NCBI GenBank assembly: GCA_002245135.1
Contig: NGBS01000898.1
Location: 1-44,246, forward strand
DNA from: Proteromonas lacertae
Lineage: Eukaryota
Direction: 5' to 3'
DNA: 44,246 nucleotides
Both the position numbers and the translations under genes were made by a program. Under the pieces are notes generated by a model that saw only the letters and a program-made list of their open reading frames with translations, was not told where the DNA came from and searched no databases. Positions 27,838 through 41,100 of the stretch are shown here, one piece after another (the stretch's first letter is position 1; the number at the start of each line of letters is the position of its first letter).

Positions 27838-28663
27838 ATGTCAACTCCCCATTCTGTTAGAACGTATATTTTGCAATTTTACTATATTTATAGCAGTTCT
27901 CCTCGTTCAGTTCACTCATGTAATTCTTTTATAGATTATTTTTATAGCTGCTCCTGGGACTCCTGGATCTCCAAGCAAATTCCAAGCCAAAGTAGAAAGA
28001 AAAAGAGCAGAAGAAGATGCAGATCTTTTAGAGCATAGATTAGAGCATCTAAGAATAGAAGAAGAAAAAGCAAGACTGAAAGCTGAAGCCACAAAGAAGA
28101 AGGTGGAAGAGGTACAAAGACTAAAACGAGAACATGAAGAAATGTTGAAAGCAAAAGAAGAAAGAGTATATCTAACTCCTATTTTATAAAATATTTAGAA
28201 AAGACAAGAAGAAGAAGAAAGAAAAAGAATGAGAGAAGAGAATCTAAAACAAAAAGAAGAAGATGAGAGAAGAAAACAACAGATTATTGATGATTTGAAG
28301 AAGAGCAGAAGTACAGATGTAGAATCATTACGTAAAGATCGTATTAGAAGAGAAAAAGAATTAGCTGAAGCAAAAAAAAGAGTTCAAGAAAACAATCGAA
28401 ATATGAGAGATACAATTAAACAAAGTAAAGATGAATATAAGACTCAACGCTTAAATCAAACAAGTAACTCAACAATGAAACGTCATCAAGAATACATGAG
28501 TGAAATAGACTTAGAAAATCAAAGAAAAGAAGAAGCTCTAAAGAAGATTGAGAAATTAAAACAAGAAGAAGCTGAATTATTAGAGAAAGTAAGAAAAGCA
28601 AGAGAAGAACATATTACTGCCGTACAACAATATGAAGAAGTATTAAATTGTCCAGCTAAATAA
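27838..28663 (+). CDS. Coiled-coil protein, 244 aa, 4 exons (two 26-nt coding exons)
   Basis: Exons 27838-27863, 27894-27919, 27948-28165 and 28199-28663 (introns 30, 28, 33 nt) join in frame. RKRAEEDADLLEHRLEHLRIEEEKA followed by E/K/R-rich helix. Confidence 0.8.
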
Positions 28664-29529
28664 AAATATTAAAATAGTAATAAAAAAAGTAATTTAAAAA
28701 GTTATTATTATTATTATATATTCATTTCGCATACACTTTTTATCCAAATAGATAATTTTTTGAAAATTGTTATTAAATTGATATTTTTATTTATCAAACT
28801 TCCAAATAGAAAATGTCATTCAATTAAAGGAGGAGAATGAAAGTGGCAGAGAAAGCGAATATGATAAGGAATAAATGATAGAGAAATAGAAGGATAAATT
28901 ATGAAAATTATTACGAAGAACATGATGAAGTAGAAGAAGTAAATATTGAACATGGCAGTCCTTGTTATTGATTATTAATTACTAATTAATACAATATAGT
29001 TTATTTTGTTTTTCTTTTTTCAATAAAAATGAAAAAAATAGAAAAAAAAATATATAAATAGTTATAATTCATCCTGTAGTACGGCAATGGACATCCATTT
29101 TGAGTTTTGTCATTCCCTTATCCCTTCTCTGTCTTTGTCTATGTCCCTGCCGAACGCAAATTTATATATACCAATTATACTACTTCTTATATTACATTAT
29201 AAAGTAGTAAAATTAGATTACATCAACCAATAACATTAAATTAATTATAACACCATTACAGAAACCAATCCATGATATATTGACCTTTATCTCACTACAT
29301 ATCATGTAAAAAATGAAATGCAAAAAAAAAAAAATCTAATACTTTTGATTGGTTAATTTTCTGAGATTTGATTCGTTATTTTTAAGAGATTTTATTGGTT
29401 ACACTTGGAGTTATTTAATTGGCTATTCATTCAAAAAATAATTACAATTATCTTAGCTATTAGTTCTTTTTAAGTCATTATTATATTCAATTTAGAGGTA
29501 TTAGAATATATAGAATTTGAATTCAGAAA

Positions 29530-32500
29530 ATGAGTAGTTTGATAGATAGTAGTGCTGTAAAGAGAAATTATGAAGGCATTCCAATACCAAAATTAAAAAC
29601 CAATCTTAGAAGTAGCGTAGATGGTGGTAAAGTTAATTACGTAAACTACAGTGCATTGTCATTAGGTGTTTATCATTACTTAATTAAAGTATATATAAAG
29701 GCAACAGATGGATATATGTGTTTCGGTTATAAAGACATGTCAGGAGATGTAGATAAAAATAGTTACATCAAATTTTTAGTTAATTCAGCTGTAGTGTTTG
29801 AGGAAGATAATGAAGTGGAAAATATTTCAGATATTAATGCCGAAGAAGGTGTTGAATTAATATATGATATGAATAGAAAGACAATGTCTATTAGATATGG
29901 AAATGGTGTAGAAAAACAGATATTGAAAGGTTTACCAGATAGTACTTATCTTTATATTGTGAAATATAATGATAGTAAATTTGTAAGCAGTAAAAGTTGG
30001 TTTATTCCACCCTTCATAATACAAAGATGTAGAATCAAAGATAAACATTTTACTCTCCAAGATAATGTATATATTTGTGAAATAAAAGAAGAATATGATG
30101 ATGATTTATATAAATATAAAGAAGAATCTCTTTATAAAATTGACTATGTTGTGTGTGATATAAAATTCAAACATGAAAGTTCAAATAAATACGAATACAT
30201 TATAAATAAAGAAATGAGTTATGGAATTTATCATTTCTATTTTGAAATATTGAGTGTTGGTAGTGAAGGTATTAGTTTAAGTTATTGTCAAAATTCAAAT
30301 TCATATATCAAGTTGTTAGAAGGTAAATGCCTAAAGTTCATAAACAATGGATCAACAGAAATTCAAGATATTTTTGGTGTAGTAGGAGGAAAATATGAAG
30401 TGATATATAATATGAATGTTAAGGAAATGTGGATTAAACAAGGAAATAAAAAAAGAAAAATGTTAGATATAATTTCAGAAAGAACTAAACCAATTATTAG
30501 TATTGGTGATGAAAATGGTTCAGTTAGATTAGTAGAATATTACAAAGAAAAAGAGGGTTATGAATTATATGACAATATTGAGTTAAAGAATTATGCAGTT
30601 CATGTTGATGGTGATGAAGTTATTATAAATGAAATGAATGTTAGATTTGGTAATGATGTGGTAAATGAAGTAGTTGTACCAAATACAATATATGGTATTT
30701 ATAATTATAAGAAATATTCTGTGATTAATTATCTTTCAAATCTATTAAAAACCAACTCACATTATGATATTGACAATTTAAAAAAAGACATAATGTCTAT
30801 ATTTATACTACAAGGAAAAGAATCTGAATATATGAATAAGAGTGGAAATATAAATGAATTATTAGTGTTATTGAAATACTTTCATGGAGAAGATCCTAAC
30901 TTACTTGATTCACCAGATAGTTTTGTAGAAATAGTAAATGATTTGAGTGTTAGTCATCCTTATACTGTAGATGAAAACAAAATATTCGTTGAAAGTGATG
31001 AATATGAGAAGTATTTAGAATTTACAAACACAAATGAAAGTGTTTTTCAATTTCCAATGAAGAAAATATACATCAGAAGCTGCTATTATGATATGTTTCG
31101 TGATATTTGTAAATGTTTATCAGTAGTTAGACCGAATGGAGTAAAAATATCTAATGTAGTAGTAACAGGCCAACCAGGTATTGGTAAGACATCATTTATA
31201 TACGTATTACTATTCAGTTTGAAGATTTTTTTAATGAAAGAAAAGTTAACTGAAGAAATAAATGATATTAGAAATAGTTTACCAAATGATATAAATCAAG
31301 AACAACTGATGAAGAAAATAAAAGAGCATAAAGATAGTATTAGAAATGGCTGTAAAAGGATTAATGAATTGAAGAAAGAAATTGTGAGTAATTATGAAAT
31401 TATAAAACATATTATTGAAGGTATAATGAAACAGAATCATATGGAAGAAGAAGATGATGATGAAGAAAGTGAAACAACAAATATTTCATCTGAAGAAACA
31501 CAGAATCTTTCATATTTGGAGTTTATTAAGAAAACTATAAATATAATCAATGATGGAAAATATATCAATAAATTTGAAATAGATGGAATTATAGATGAGA
31601 ATGAGTTTAATAAATATAAAAGTATTTGTGGAAATACAGTCGATTCTATATATTATTTATCATCAAAAATAAAGAATTCAATTGGTGAGATTGATAATAT
31701 AAGAAATTCAGTATATATAGAAAGATTATTGTTATTATTAAAGACAAAAACAGATGAATTGAAATTTCTTAACAAAGATATAAATTATTCAAATTATAAT
31801 GTTAGTTTACCCTATTTTAAAGATATTTATATAATAAAAGGAAAGAGAAATGGTGATCCTAATGAAAAGAAAATATATTTATTGAGGGATGGTGTTATTT
31901 TTAAAATTAAAATTCCATTACAAGATATTAATGATTCGCTAATAATAGTTGACACTATTAATGAAGAATTCGGAGATAATAACAAAATCATTTCAATAAG
32001 TTCACCTGATAGTCATAACTATGATAAATACAGTAAACCAGAAGATTTATGTAAAGAATTATATTTTGAATCTTTAGAACCTAATGAAATTAACGAGTGG
32101 TTTGATAACTGCATTGGTTTTAATAAAGATGGTGAATTTGATAAAATATGTAATAAGTATGGTTATATACCTAGGCAAATATATTACCATTATTTATATC
32201 GTGAGAATTTTGGTAATGATTATTGGATATATTATCAGCAATTGATGGAAGGAGCGATAGGTTCTACTGGTTATATAGAGTTTAAAGAAGAATGTCTTGA
32301 TAAAAAGAATTTACAAATGCATCCTTTATCGAATCTTATATTGAAATATAAATTAAGAAAAGAAAGGGATGATGAAGTAGGAAATGAAATATTAAAACCA
32401 GAAAATGAATTAATATATGTTTCAAATTCAGTAAAAAATTATATCGAATGTAAATTCTATCCACCTAAGAATGTTGGTGAATTTGATGAATTGAACAATA

Positions 32501-34864
32501 AATATACAACTGTTACTGATTCATATAATAAAAGAATGACATTAAAACACATCATAGCATATAGATTAAGCATTATAAAGAATTTCATTGGTGATCTTGA
32601 TTTCGAATTAAATTCAAAGAAAGAAGTATCTCTTTATTATCATGATTCTACAGTGAATATTGTCTATTTTATATTGGATGAAGATAATTTCTTTGATTTG
32701 ATAGTTGATGGAGTGTTTATAAAAGTGTTATTAGATGATGGTAAATTAGATAACGATGAGATGTATGATGAGAATAGTTGTAAAGAAAAAATTAAAGAAT
32801 CTATAAAAGTATAAATATATAATATGTATATAATAAAATAGGATTACAGTGAAAATGGTAAGCTAATGTATTATGTTGTAATAGGAAATACATTATCTGA
32901 TGAATTTATAATATCCCATATTTTAGATGAAGAAGAAGAGAAAAAACTACATAAGAAAACAGATAAACAGGCAAAAGTGAAAGAAGATAGACAAATAAAG
33001 GCAAAGGAGAAAGAGAGAATGAAAAAAGATAAAGAAGTTGAAAATCAATCTCCACCACCACCAATGCCAATACCACCACCAGAAGAAGAAGATTTTGATG
33101 TATATGTAAATGGTAATAAAAAATATTTAATGAGAAAATGTTTTGATAAAATGTTGAATATTATTTCAAAGGATAATTTTGTTTTTAATTATCAAAGAAA
33201 TTATTTATTATTTGGTCATGCTAAAATTGGAAAAACAGTATTAGCTCATATTCTCAAGGATAAACTAAAAGAAATAGTAAGAAATATTAATGTATACTTA
33301 GAATTCAAAAGTCAACAAGACGAATCACCTGGAATTAACTTTAGTAAACCATATATTGTTATAGTTGATGGACCAGCCATAGGTGAAGATGATTATGCTG
33401 ATGCAAAAATGATAATAATGATAGCTGATGCATCTGATGAGAAATGTAAAACATTTCAAAGTAAAAGATGTCCATTGTTGATGTACATACCTCCATTTAC
33501 AAAAGAAGAAGTAGAAAAAGTAGTAAAGTTGGATTATGGAAAATTTAAAGTTAATTACAAAAGATTCATAAAATATGATTCTATAAAAGATGATTCAAAT
33601 GGTAATACAGCTGGTACAAATGGTAATACAGCTGGTACAAATGGTAATACAGCTGGTACAAATGGTAATACAGCTGGTACAAATGGTAATACAGTTAATT
33701 TAAAAAAACAATTATATCTTGATAATTATAGGGAATTGTGATTATAACAAAGATATTATTACAAGAGCTATACCAACAGTAAATTTTGATTTGATTAAGG
33801 AAATGATAGGAGGTATTAGTAAATCATCTCTATCAAAGGTAGATTATCAAAATATAATTATATATGAAACAGATGAAAATGATGTTACTGTATCTAACAA
33901 TCTTAGATTTATATCTAGAACCATTAGAGATATGGTATATGATAAGTTATTTAAACCTGACGATGGTTGTGAAATAATGATAAGATCATTGAGTTATCAA
34001 CCAACTGGAAGTTCAGCAGGAGAATTATATGAAAAGGTCATATTTCATTTGATGAATTATTTTCCTGATTTTCAAGAATTTATGATTAAAAGAATGAGAG
34101 AGTCAATTGATAAAGAAATATATCGATCAAGTAAAAGAATAAATTACATCAAAAATACCAAATGTTTAAATGATTTAAAAGAATTGTTAAATAATAAAAG
34201 AATTATGCCAATAGATGTGAAAGAAAATACTAAATTGAAAGAGGAAATTATGAAATTCAAAGGTTATAATGATGATAGTATAATGCCTTTTATTAACTTC
34301 AGTTATGATAAAGGTTTCCCTGATATTGATTCATTAATAGGACCTTTTGGTGTTCAAGTTACAATTGGTGAAAAACATACTTATGCACCTGATATGGCAA
34401 TGATTCTTCAAAATTTATACAAAGTTTATATAGAAGGTTATAATATATTAAACGATAGTTATAAGACTTTTGATAATGATTCTATATCAAATTTCGGCTA
34501 TTTTTTTATAACTACAAGATCTAATGTATGTTTTGATAAAACATTAAATAGGACTGCAACTACATATCCAGATATTTTTCAAGACTTACTAAAAATGGAT
34601 TTATCTGATGATGAAAAGAAAAAGTTATATGATTGTTCAGTACCAATTAAGGTCACAGTAACTATTTTAATTGCAGAATTAAAGAAATATGGTAAACTGT
34701 TAAAAGAGAAAAGGCAAGTGTTAAGAATGACAATTGAAGAATTGGAAATTAAGAAAGCAGATGCTAATACGATAGAAAGAGAAAATGAAATTCAAAAAGA
34801 AATTGATGAATATATAAAGATGTATGGAATTGAAATATTACCTAAATCAGATGTTATTCCTTGA
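29530..34864 (+). CDS. Gene A: Crinkler/RHS-type protein, 2x SPRY-like + NTPase + NTPase + PD-(D/E)XK nuclease, ~1751 aa
   Basis: Exons 29530-32808, 32842-33685 and 33732-34864 (introns 33 and 46 nt) join three ORFs in frame. NTPase I: IYIRSCY, GQPGIGKT (31168-31191), LIIVD, ISSPD..Y..YSK, YGYIPRQI. NTPase II: GHAKIGKT (33214-33237), VIVDG, MYIPPFTKEEV. Nuclease: GELYEKVI..GFPDIDSL..VQVTIGEKH. Confidence 0.8.
33596..33694 (+). repeat. 21-bp perfect tandem repeat CAAATGGTAATACAGCTGGTA x4.7 (NGNTAGT)
   Basis: Directly visible. Confidence 0.95.
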
Positions 34865-35014
34865 GTTACATCAGTTGAATTACAACATTCATTAATACAA
34901 AATTAAAAGATGTTGAAAATTGATTATAACCTATTATTATTAAAATGTTTAGAGTAATGAATTATACTTAATTACTCATGTTATTGTTTTATTTGGGAGA
35001 GGACAATAACAACA

Positions 35015-35036
35015 GTTAGGGTTAGGGTTAGGGTTA
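35015..35036 (+). repeat. Interstitial telomeric tract G(TTAGGG)3TTA
   Basis: Same unit and orientation as the terminal telomere; lies between gene A and gene B. Confidence 0.92.
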
Positions 35037-35170
35037 TAAGTAATGAAATATTTTAAGTATATTTCATTAATGACATGTATATTACATGTAATTGACATAT
35101 TTATAACTATACATTTCTTTTAATAATTATAGTTATTGAAGAGTATAGTTATTGCATTTCTTCTGTTTTG

Positions 35171-38100
35171 ATGAGTATTTACTATACGTTAGCATATGAA
35201 GGTATTAATAAATTGGACTTAAAAAAGAAAAGTGAAAATAATAGAACAGTGTATTTTTTGAACTATTGCCCTAATTCTCGTAATCCTTCCTATTGTCATT
35301 TCATCTTAGTGAGAGATTGCTATTTAAATATTTATAACAGTATTAAAAATGTAGTTAAAAAAAATCAAACTGTAGCTAAGAATCAAAATGAAGAAAAGAA
35401 TAAAGGTGAAGGTAAGAATTATCAGAATTGTTTTTTAGTCTATGGGAACAGAAGATTGGGTAAGACTACATTGTGCTGTTTTTTGGCGTATTGTCTTAAT
35501 TATGACCATGATTTTGATGAATTTAACATAGTAGTGTTTGGTGTAAGTGATACAGATAACATATGTCATTTTAGATTGGCAAATACTAATCAATTCAATA
35601 CAAGAGAGGGAAATATACCCGATTTCAAAGGCAAAACATTCATTATAAGTGATAATGAACAGATTCATGAAGATGATTTTAGTGATGATAATGTAATAAT
35701 TATGATAAGTTCTCCAATAGCAGACAAATATAAAATAATGGCAAATAAGAGATGTCCTATCCAATTCTACATACCACAGTTCAATAAAGAAGAATTGAAT
35801 ATAATATTTAGTCAATACAAAGAATTGAATGAAGATAAGAAAATGAAATGTGATAGAATAGAAAATTCACTTATGTATGGCGAATTAACAATAGGTAATA
35901 TTTTTGAAGAATTAGTTAAATGTTTTAATGATGAAAAAGTTAAAAAATCAGTAAAGAATTTACCATTATATATTCCACCAAATTATGAAGAAAAGTTATT
36001 TGTATATGATACCAATCAATTTAATGTAATACCTGACACATTGAGATATTTATCAACAGAAATGGAAAAATATATACTTGCAAATTGCTTTTACAAAATA
36101 GTGTATTACAAAAGATTATATGAAACATTTGAAAATGATTTATTGAATAAAAGAGATCCATGGATATTCAAAAGAATGTGTCACATTATATTTGAAGATA
36201 ATGGTTATACAGGTTATAATTCAGATAAAAGAAAATTTCCATTTGATTTACCTGAACATACATTAATTTATATTGAAATGGATAAATTCATTAATTATCT
36301 TGATAATGGAGAGAAATATAAAATTAAAAACAGTAAAATTAATGAAGTAACACTTGTGAGTGGTAAAATTAAAGAGAAAAGTAATACTGAAATAAAAAGT
36401 GTAATAGAAGGAATAGTTGAAATAACATATAACAATGTAAGAGAAAAATATGATAGGATTGTTGATTGTGAAATAACAGATTTGAGAATAATGATTGAAA
36501 AGCAAGAAGGTGATAGAATTAGTGGTGTAATAAAAGATGGTTTAATATCAGAAGGGGTTATATTTGATGGTATTTATTTGGATTTTAGCAGAATCATTAA
36601 TTTTCCAGCAATAGATGGATGTATTATTAACAAATATAGTATTACTGGATTACAAATGACAATTTCTAATAATCATCCAACTAAGAATACTGTGATTGCA
36701 TTTCTAAATGTATATATTATTATTATTATTATTATTGTATAGATGTTGTATAGCTATCATAAATCATATATAATCGATAATTTGAAAAGACTAAATATGA
36801 ATGATAAAAATGATAAAGATATTCTTGCAAATGCGTTATATGATAATGGCTATATCCCAAAGAATAAAAAGAAAGAGATAATAGATAGTATGGATAAAAA
36901 AAAGAGAATAATTTGTGAGAGTTATGTATGATATTAATATTTATATATATAATTTTATAGTTTTTGATTAATGAACTTACACATAGAGGAAATAATGAGA
37001 TAGTTGAAATATATGGTAAACTTAAAGATAGATATTTAGATGTTATTAATAGTGATACAATCACTTATAATGAATTGATAAATGATATTAATGAATTGAA
37101 TAATAAAACCCAACAATTGGATAATAAAAATAAACAATTGAAAAAGAAAAAACAACCAAAGAATAGTAAAAACAAAAAAGAAACTAATATTTCATCAAAT
37201 GAAACATTAACTGAAGAAATTGAGAAATTGGAAAAAGAAATTGAGAAATGGAAAGAAGAAATTCGTGATTTAAATGAACTTAATAAAGAAATAATAGAAA
37301 AAATAAAAGAAGCAGAAAATAAGTCTGCAATTAAAAGAAAAAGAAGCAATGAAGAAGCAGAAGAAGAGAATATAAAGGAAGATAAAGAAGCAGAAGATGA
37401 AATTAGAGAAAGTAAAAAGATTAAAACTATTGAAAATAATGAAGTGAATAATAATAATAATACTCCATCAAATAGAAATGGTGGTGAACCAAAAATTAGA
37501 AAAAATAATACAACCGAATCATCAAAGAACAAAAGAAGAAAATTTAATAATGATGTAGTTATTGAATCAGTAACAGAGAAAAAAGAAATTGTTGTTGATG
37601 ACAGAATCTTACACGACTTAGATGATTATTTGATTGATGTAATATACCATGATAAGAATAATGATGAAGATAAAATAGCCATGAAGAATGAAATAATTAA
37701 TGTATATATTATGTTATTATTATTACTATAGTCAATTAAAGAAGAAATCAATTCAGATATTGATAATGAAGATATTATTAATCAATTGGATAAATGTAAT
37801 CCAATATTCAATATTGTATTTATTACATACAATCACAATGAAGTAACATCATCATTTGAAGAAGGTGAAACTGATTTTGGACATTATGGAATATTTAAAG
37901 ATAAAATAATTGAAGAAATGAAGAAAACTTACAAATGGGATGAAATTAAGTCAAATGATAAAAAGAATGAAATGAAATTAGATGATAAAAAGAATGAAAT
38001 GAAATCAAATGCTACAGGAAATGAAATGAAATTAGATGATAAAAAGAATGAAATGAAATCAAATGCTACAGGAAATGAAAAAAAGGATAAATTCAAAAAA

Positions 38101-41100
38101 TTAATAATGTCAATAAAATCGAAAAGATTAAGATTTTGTACTTATAACATGTCTAATGAATTAAATGACTATTCAGTCTTCCAAAAGAATGTAGAAACAT
38201 TACACATAGTATTAGAAAATAGGAATGAAACTACAAATTTCATGCTTACAGAATGTAGAAACCCGTCAGTAAATATAATACCTTGTGAAGTTGAAGAAGA
38301 AAAGATAGATTATGATTATAGAATATGTGAAAGGATTATAAATAGAAAAATTGAACAAACGAAAAATGAAGATAATCCAGTAGTAAATGAAAAGAAGGAA
38401 GAGATGAAGCAACAATACAATGATATTGAAGATGAAGCTAATAGAATCATTGAAGAATGGAAAAATCTAGACAATAATTTCGTATTAGATTATTCAAAAT
38501 CAATTGTGACTGAATTGAAAGATAGAATTGTATTAATTGAAAAATATTTTAAAAATAAGAAAAAACAGAAGGAAGTTGGTAAAGATATAAATAATTTAGA
38601 TAAAAATGAAATAAATAAAGCAAAATATAATTTAAAGACTATTAATGAAAGTCTAGAAGCTTATAGTAAAAGTCGTCCGAGTATATATATATATATACAT
38701 ATATAATTATTATATAAATAATAGTGACTAACTCTTTATGTAAAGTATTTGGAAAATTAAGTCCAAAATACAATGATAGTGATAAAACTATAGAAATTTA
38801 TTGTGATATATATCAATATCCTAATAGAATAGTTTATGTTAGAGATGTTTATAAGGAAATATGGAATGAATTACAGAAAGATATTTCATATTATATAAAT
38901 AATCCATACAAAGAATTAAGAATTCTATTGAGAGGAAATCCAGGATGTGGAAAGACTTCATTTGTTATCTATTTATTAAATAAAATTATAGAATTAAATA
39001 ACGATTTGAATAATGAGATTACTGTATGTGTTCTTAAAGCAAAAGAAAGAGGTTGTGATAAATACAGTTTAAATGGTAAGGAAATAAAATGTGATAGTGA
39101 AACAGAATTCTTTAATATTGTAATAAGTGATTCTTATGATGTTGGAAATGATGATCCTAAAGGCAATATTTATTTATATGTCACTTCACCAGATTCTAAA
39201 AATTATAAATCAGTTCAAACAAAAATAGGTTGTGATAAGAAGTTCTATTTTATGGATGTATTTAGTAAAAATGAAATTAAACAATGGGAAGAAAAATGTT
39301 TACCAACTGAACTGCAAAAATCAATAACAGAAAATGAGTTTAATAGTAGATATGGCAATGTTCCAAGACATATCTATTATGCTGCAATATATGATGAGTG
39401 TTATGGTAAAGATTATTGGGATAAAATATATTCAAAAGGTATAAAAAGAATAGTAGGTAAACTTGGCTATATGAAATTTCTAAAGACATATTTATATCCA
39501 TGTAAGTCATATGAAGAAAATGAGAATTTAGTAAAAAGAACAACAACATTTGATAGTACATTATGTCATTATATAGTGAAGTATTCTATTCCATATAAAG
39601 ACAGAGTAAATGAAATCAAATTTTATGATAGAATTAATGAACATGAGATGGAATTCATATCAGATGAAGTCTTTGATTATATTTATGATTGTGTTAAACA
39701 TAAAGCTGTAGAAGATGATGTTAAGAATATGGAGTTACAATTTGAAAAGTATTATGAAGATGGTTTGAAAAATGAGTTTATGTTATATTTATTCAAGGAG
39801 TTAGTATGGTATAACTGTTTGTATTATGGTAATAAGGTAACTCTTGATGATAGTGTATTAGTTGAAGAGATTGAAAATAATATATTAGAAGTATTTATGA
39901 ATCTGTTTGATGGTGATATATATTGTAGTAATGATAATAAATACTGTTTAGTTCATTTAGCAACATTGAAGAATAGAGAAATGATTTACTTATTGAATAA
40001 CTGTTTTATTCATGTAATAAATGATCAACGAGAAGTATTGGATTGTGATGATCTTGTTAAAGAATGTATATGTGGTTTGCAACAAATGGTGGATTTTAAA
40101 AGAATGTATTATATTACAGTATCCAATGATAAATCACCTAAATCATCACCTTTTATATCAAAAGTATTAGTTTCACATTATATTGGTAATACAACCATCG
40201 AAAATGCAGAAATTACCTATTGTAATTCAAAATTTGAAGGTTTAGTATATGGAAGTGATTTCAAGATAGAAAAATTAGGAGATGTAACTGTAAAGTTTGT
40301 TATAAAAATGAAGAGTAATAAAAAGGATAAGAAAATTAGAAGAATATTTCCACAACAAACATTATCAGAAACTGATGTTGAATCAAAACTAATAAAAACA
40401 CATCAACATGTATTTCAACAGAATAATGATATACAGTCACATACATCAATATATAAACGAACATTTTCTAATAATAATAATTATGAGTGTATAGCTGATA
40501 CATGTGGTATAGAAAATAAAGGTAACACTTGTTACATGAATTCGACATTACAATGTTTAGCACATATCAAACCATTTCGAGATTGTTTATCACAAAATAG
40601 GAATAGTGTAGGAAATAAATTAGTTGATTTATTAAATATTATAAGTGAAATAAATAATGTTACTATAACAATAGAAAATGTTAATCTTAATAGTTTTATA
40701 GATGAAATAGAAACAATTGAAAATAAGAAAATTTATAAAAATTATAAAGAAGGTGATATTAAAACATTTATACTTAATCAACAGCGTGATACAATAGAGT
40801 TTTTAGAGTTACTATTAATGAATCTCAATAATGAAGTTATAGAACTGTTTAATTACCCATTGAATGCCTTAAATGTTGATGCAAAGACTAAATTTACAAA
40901 GATTTTAACTATTGAATTCTTTATAAGTGACAGTATGAAAAAAACAATGGTGAAAGAAACACATAAATCAGCTGTTATTCCAATTGTGAAATACTATAAG
41001 AAATTACATGTAAGGAATCATATTTATGATTTAAAAGGAATGACTTGTCATTCTCGTAATTATAGTCATTATATTGCTGTCTGTAAATCTACTGATGAAA

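Noticed and set aside
28812..28975. Acidic coding-like fragment
   Set aside because: Interrupted by stops and too short to assign.
29085..29160. Minus-strand resemblance to U6 snRNA (TTCGGCAG..ACAGAGAAG)
   Set aside because: Lacks the invariant AGC triad/internal stem-loop after the ACAGAGA box.
32809..32841. Stop-codon readthrough or non-standard code joining same-frame ORFs (also 36742, 37731)
   Set aside because: Each stop lies in a canonical 3n GT-AG intron; long ORFs read normally in the standard code.
33596..33694. CRISPR-like array
   Set aside because: No spacers; a coding tandem repeat in a eukaryote.
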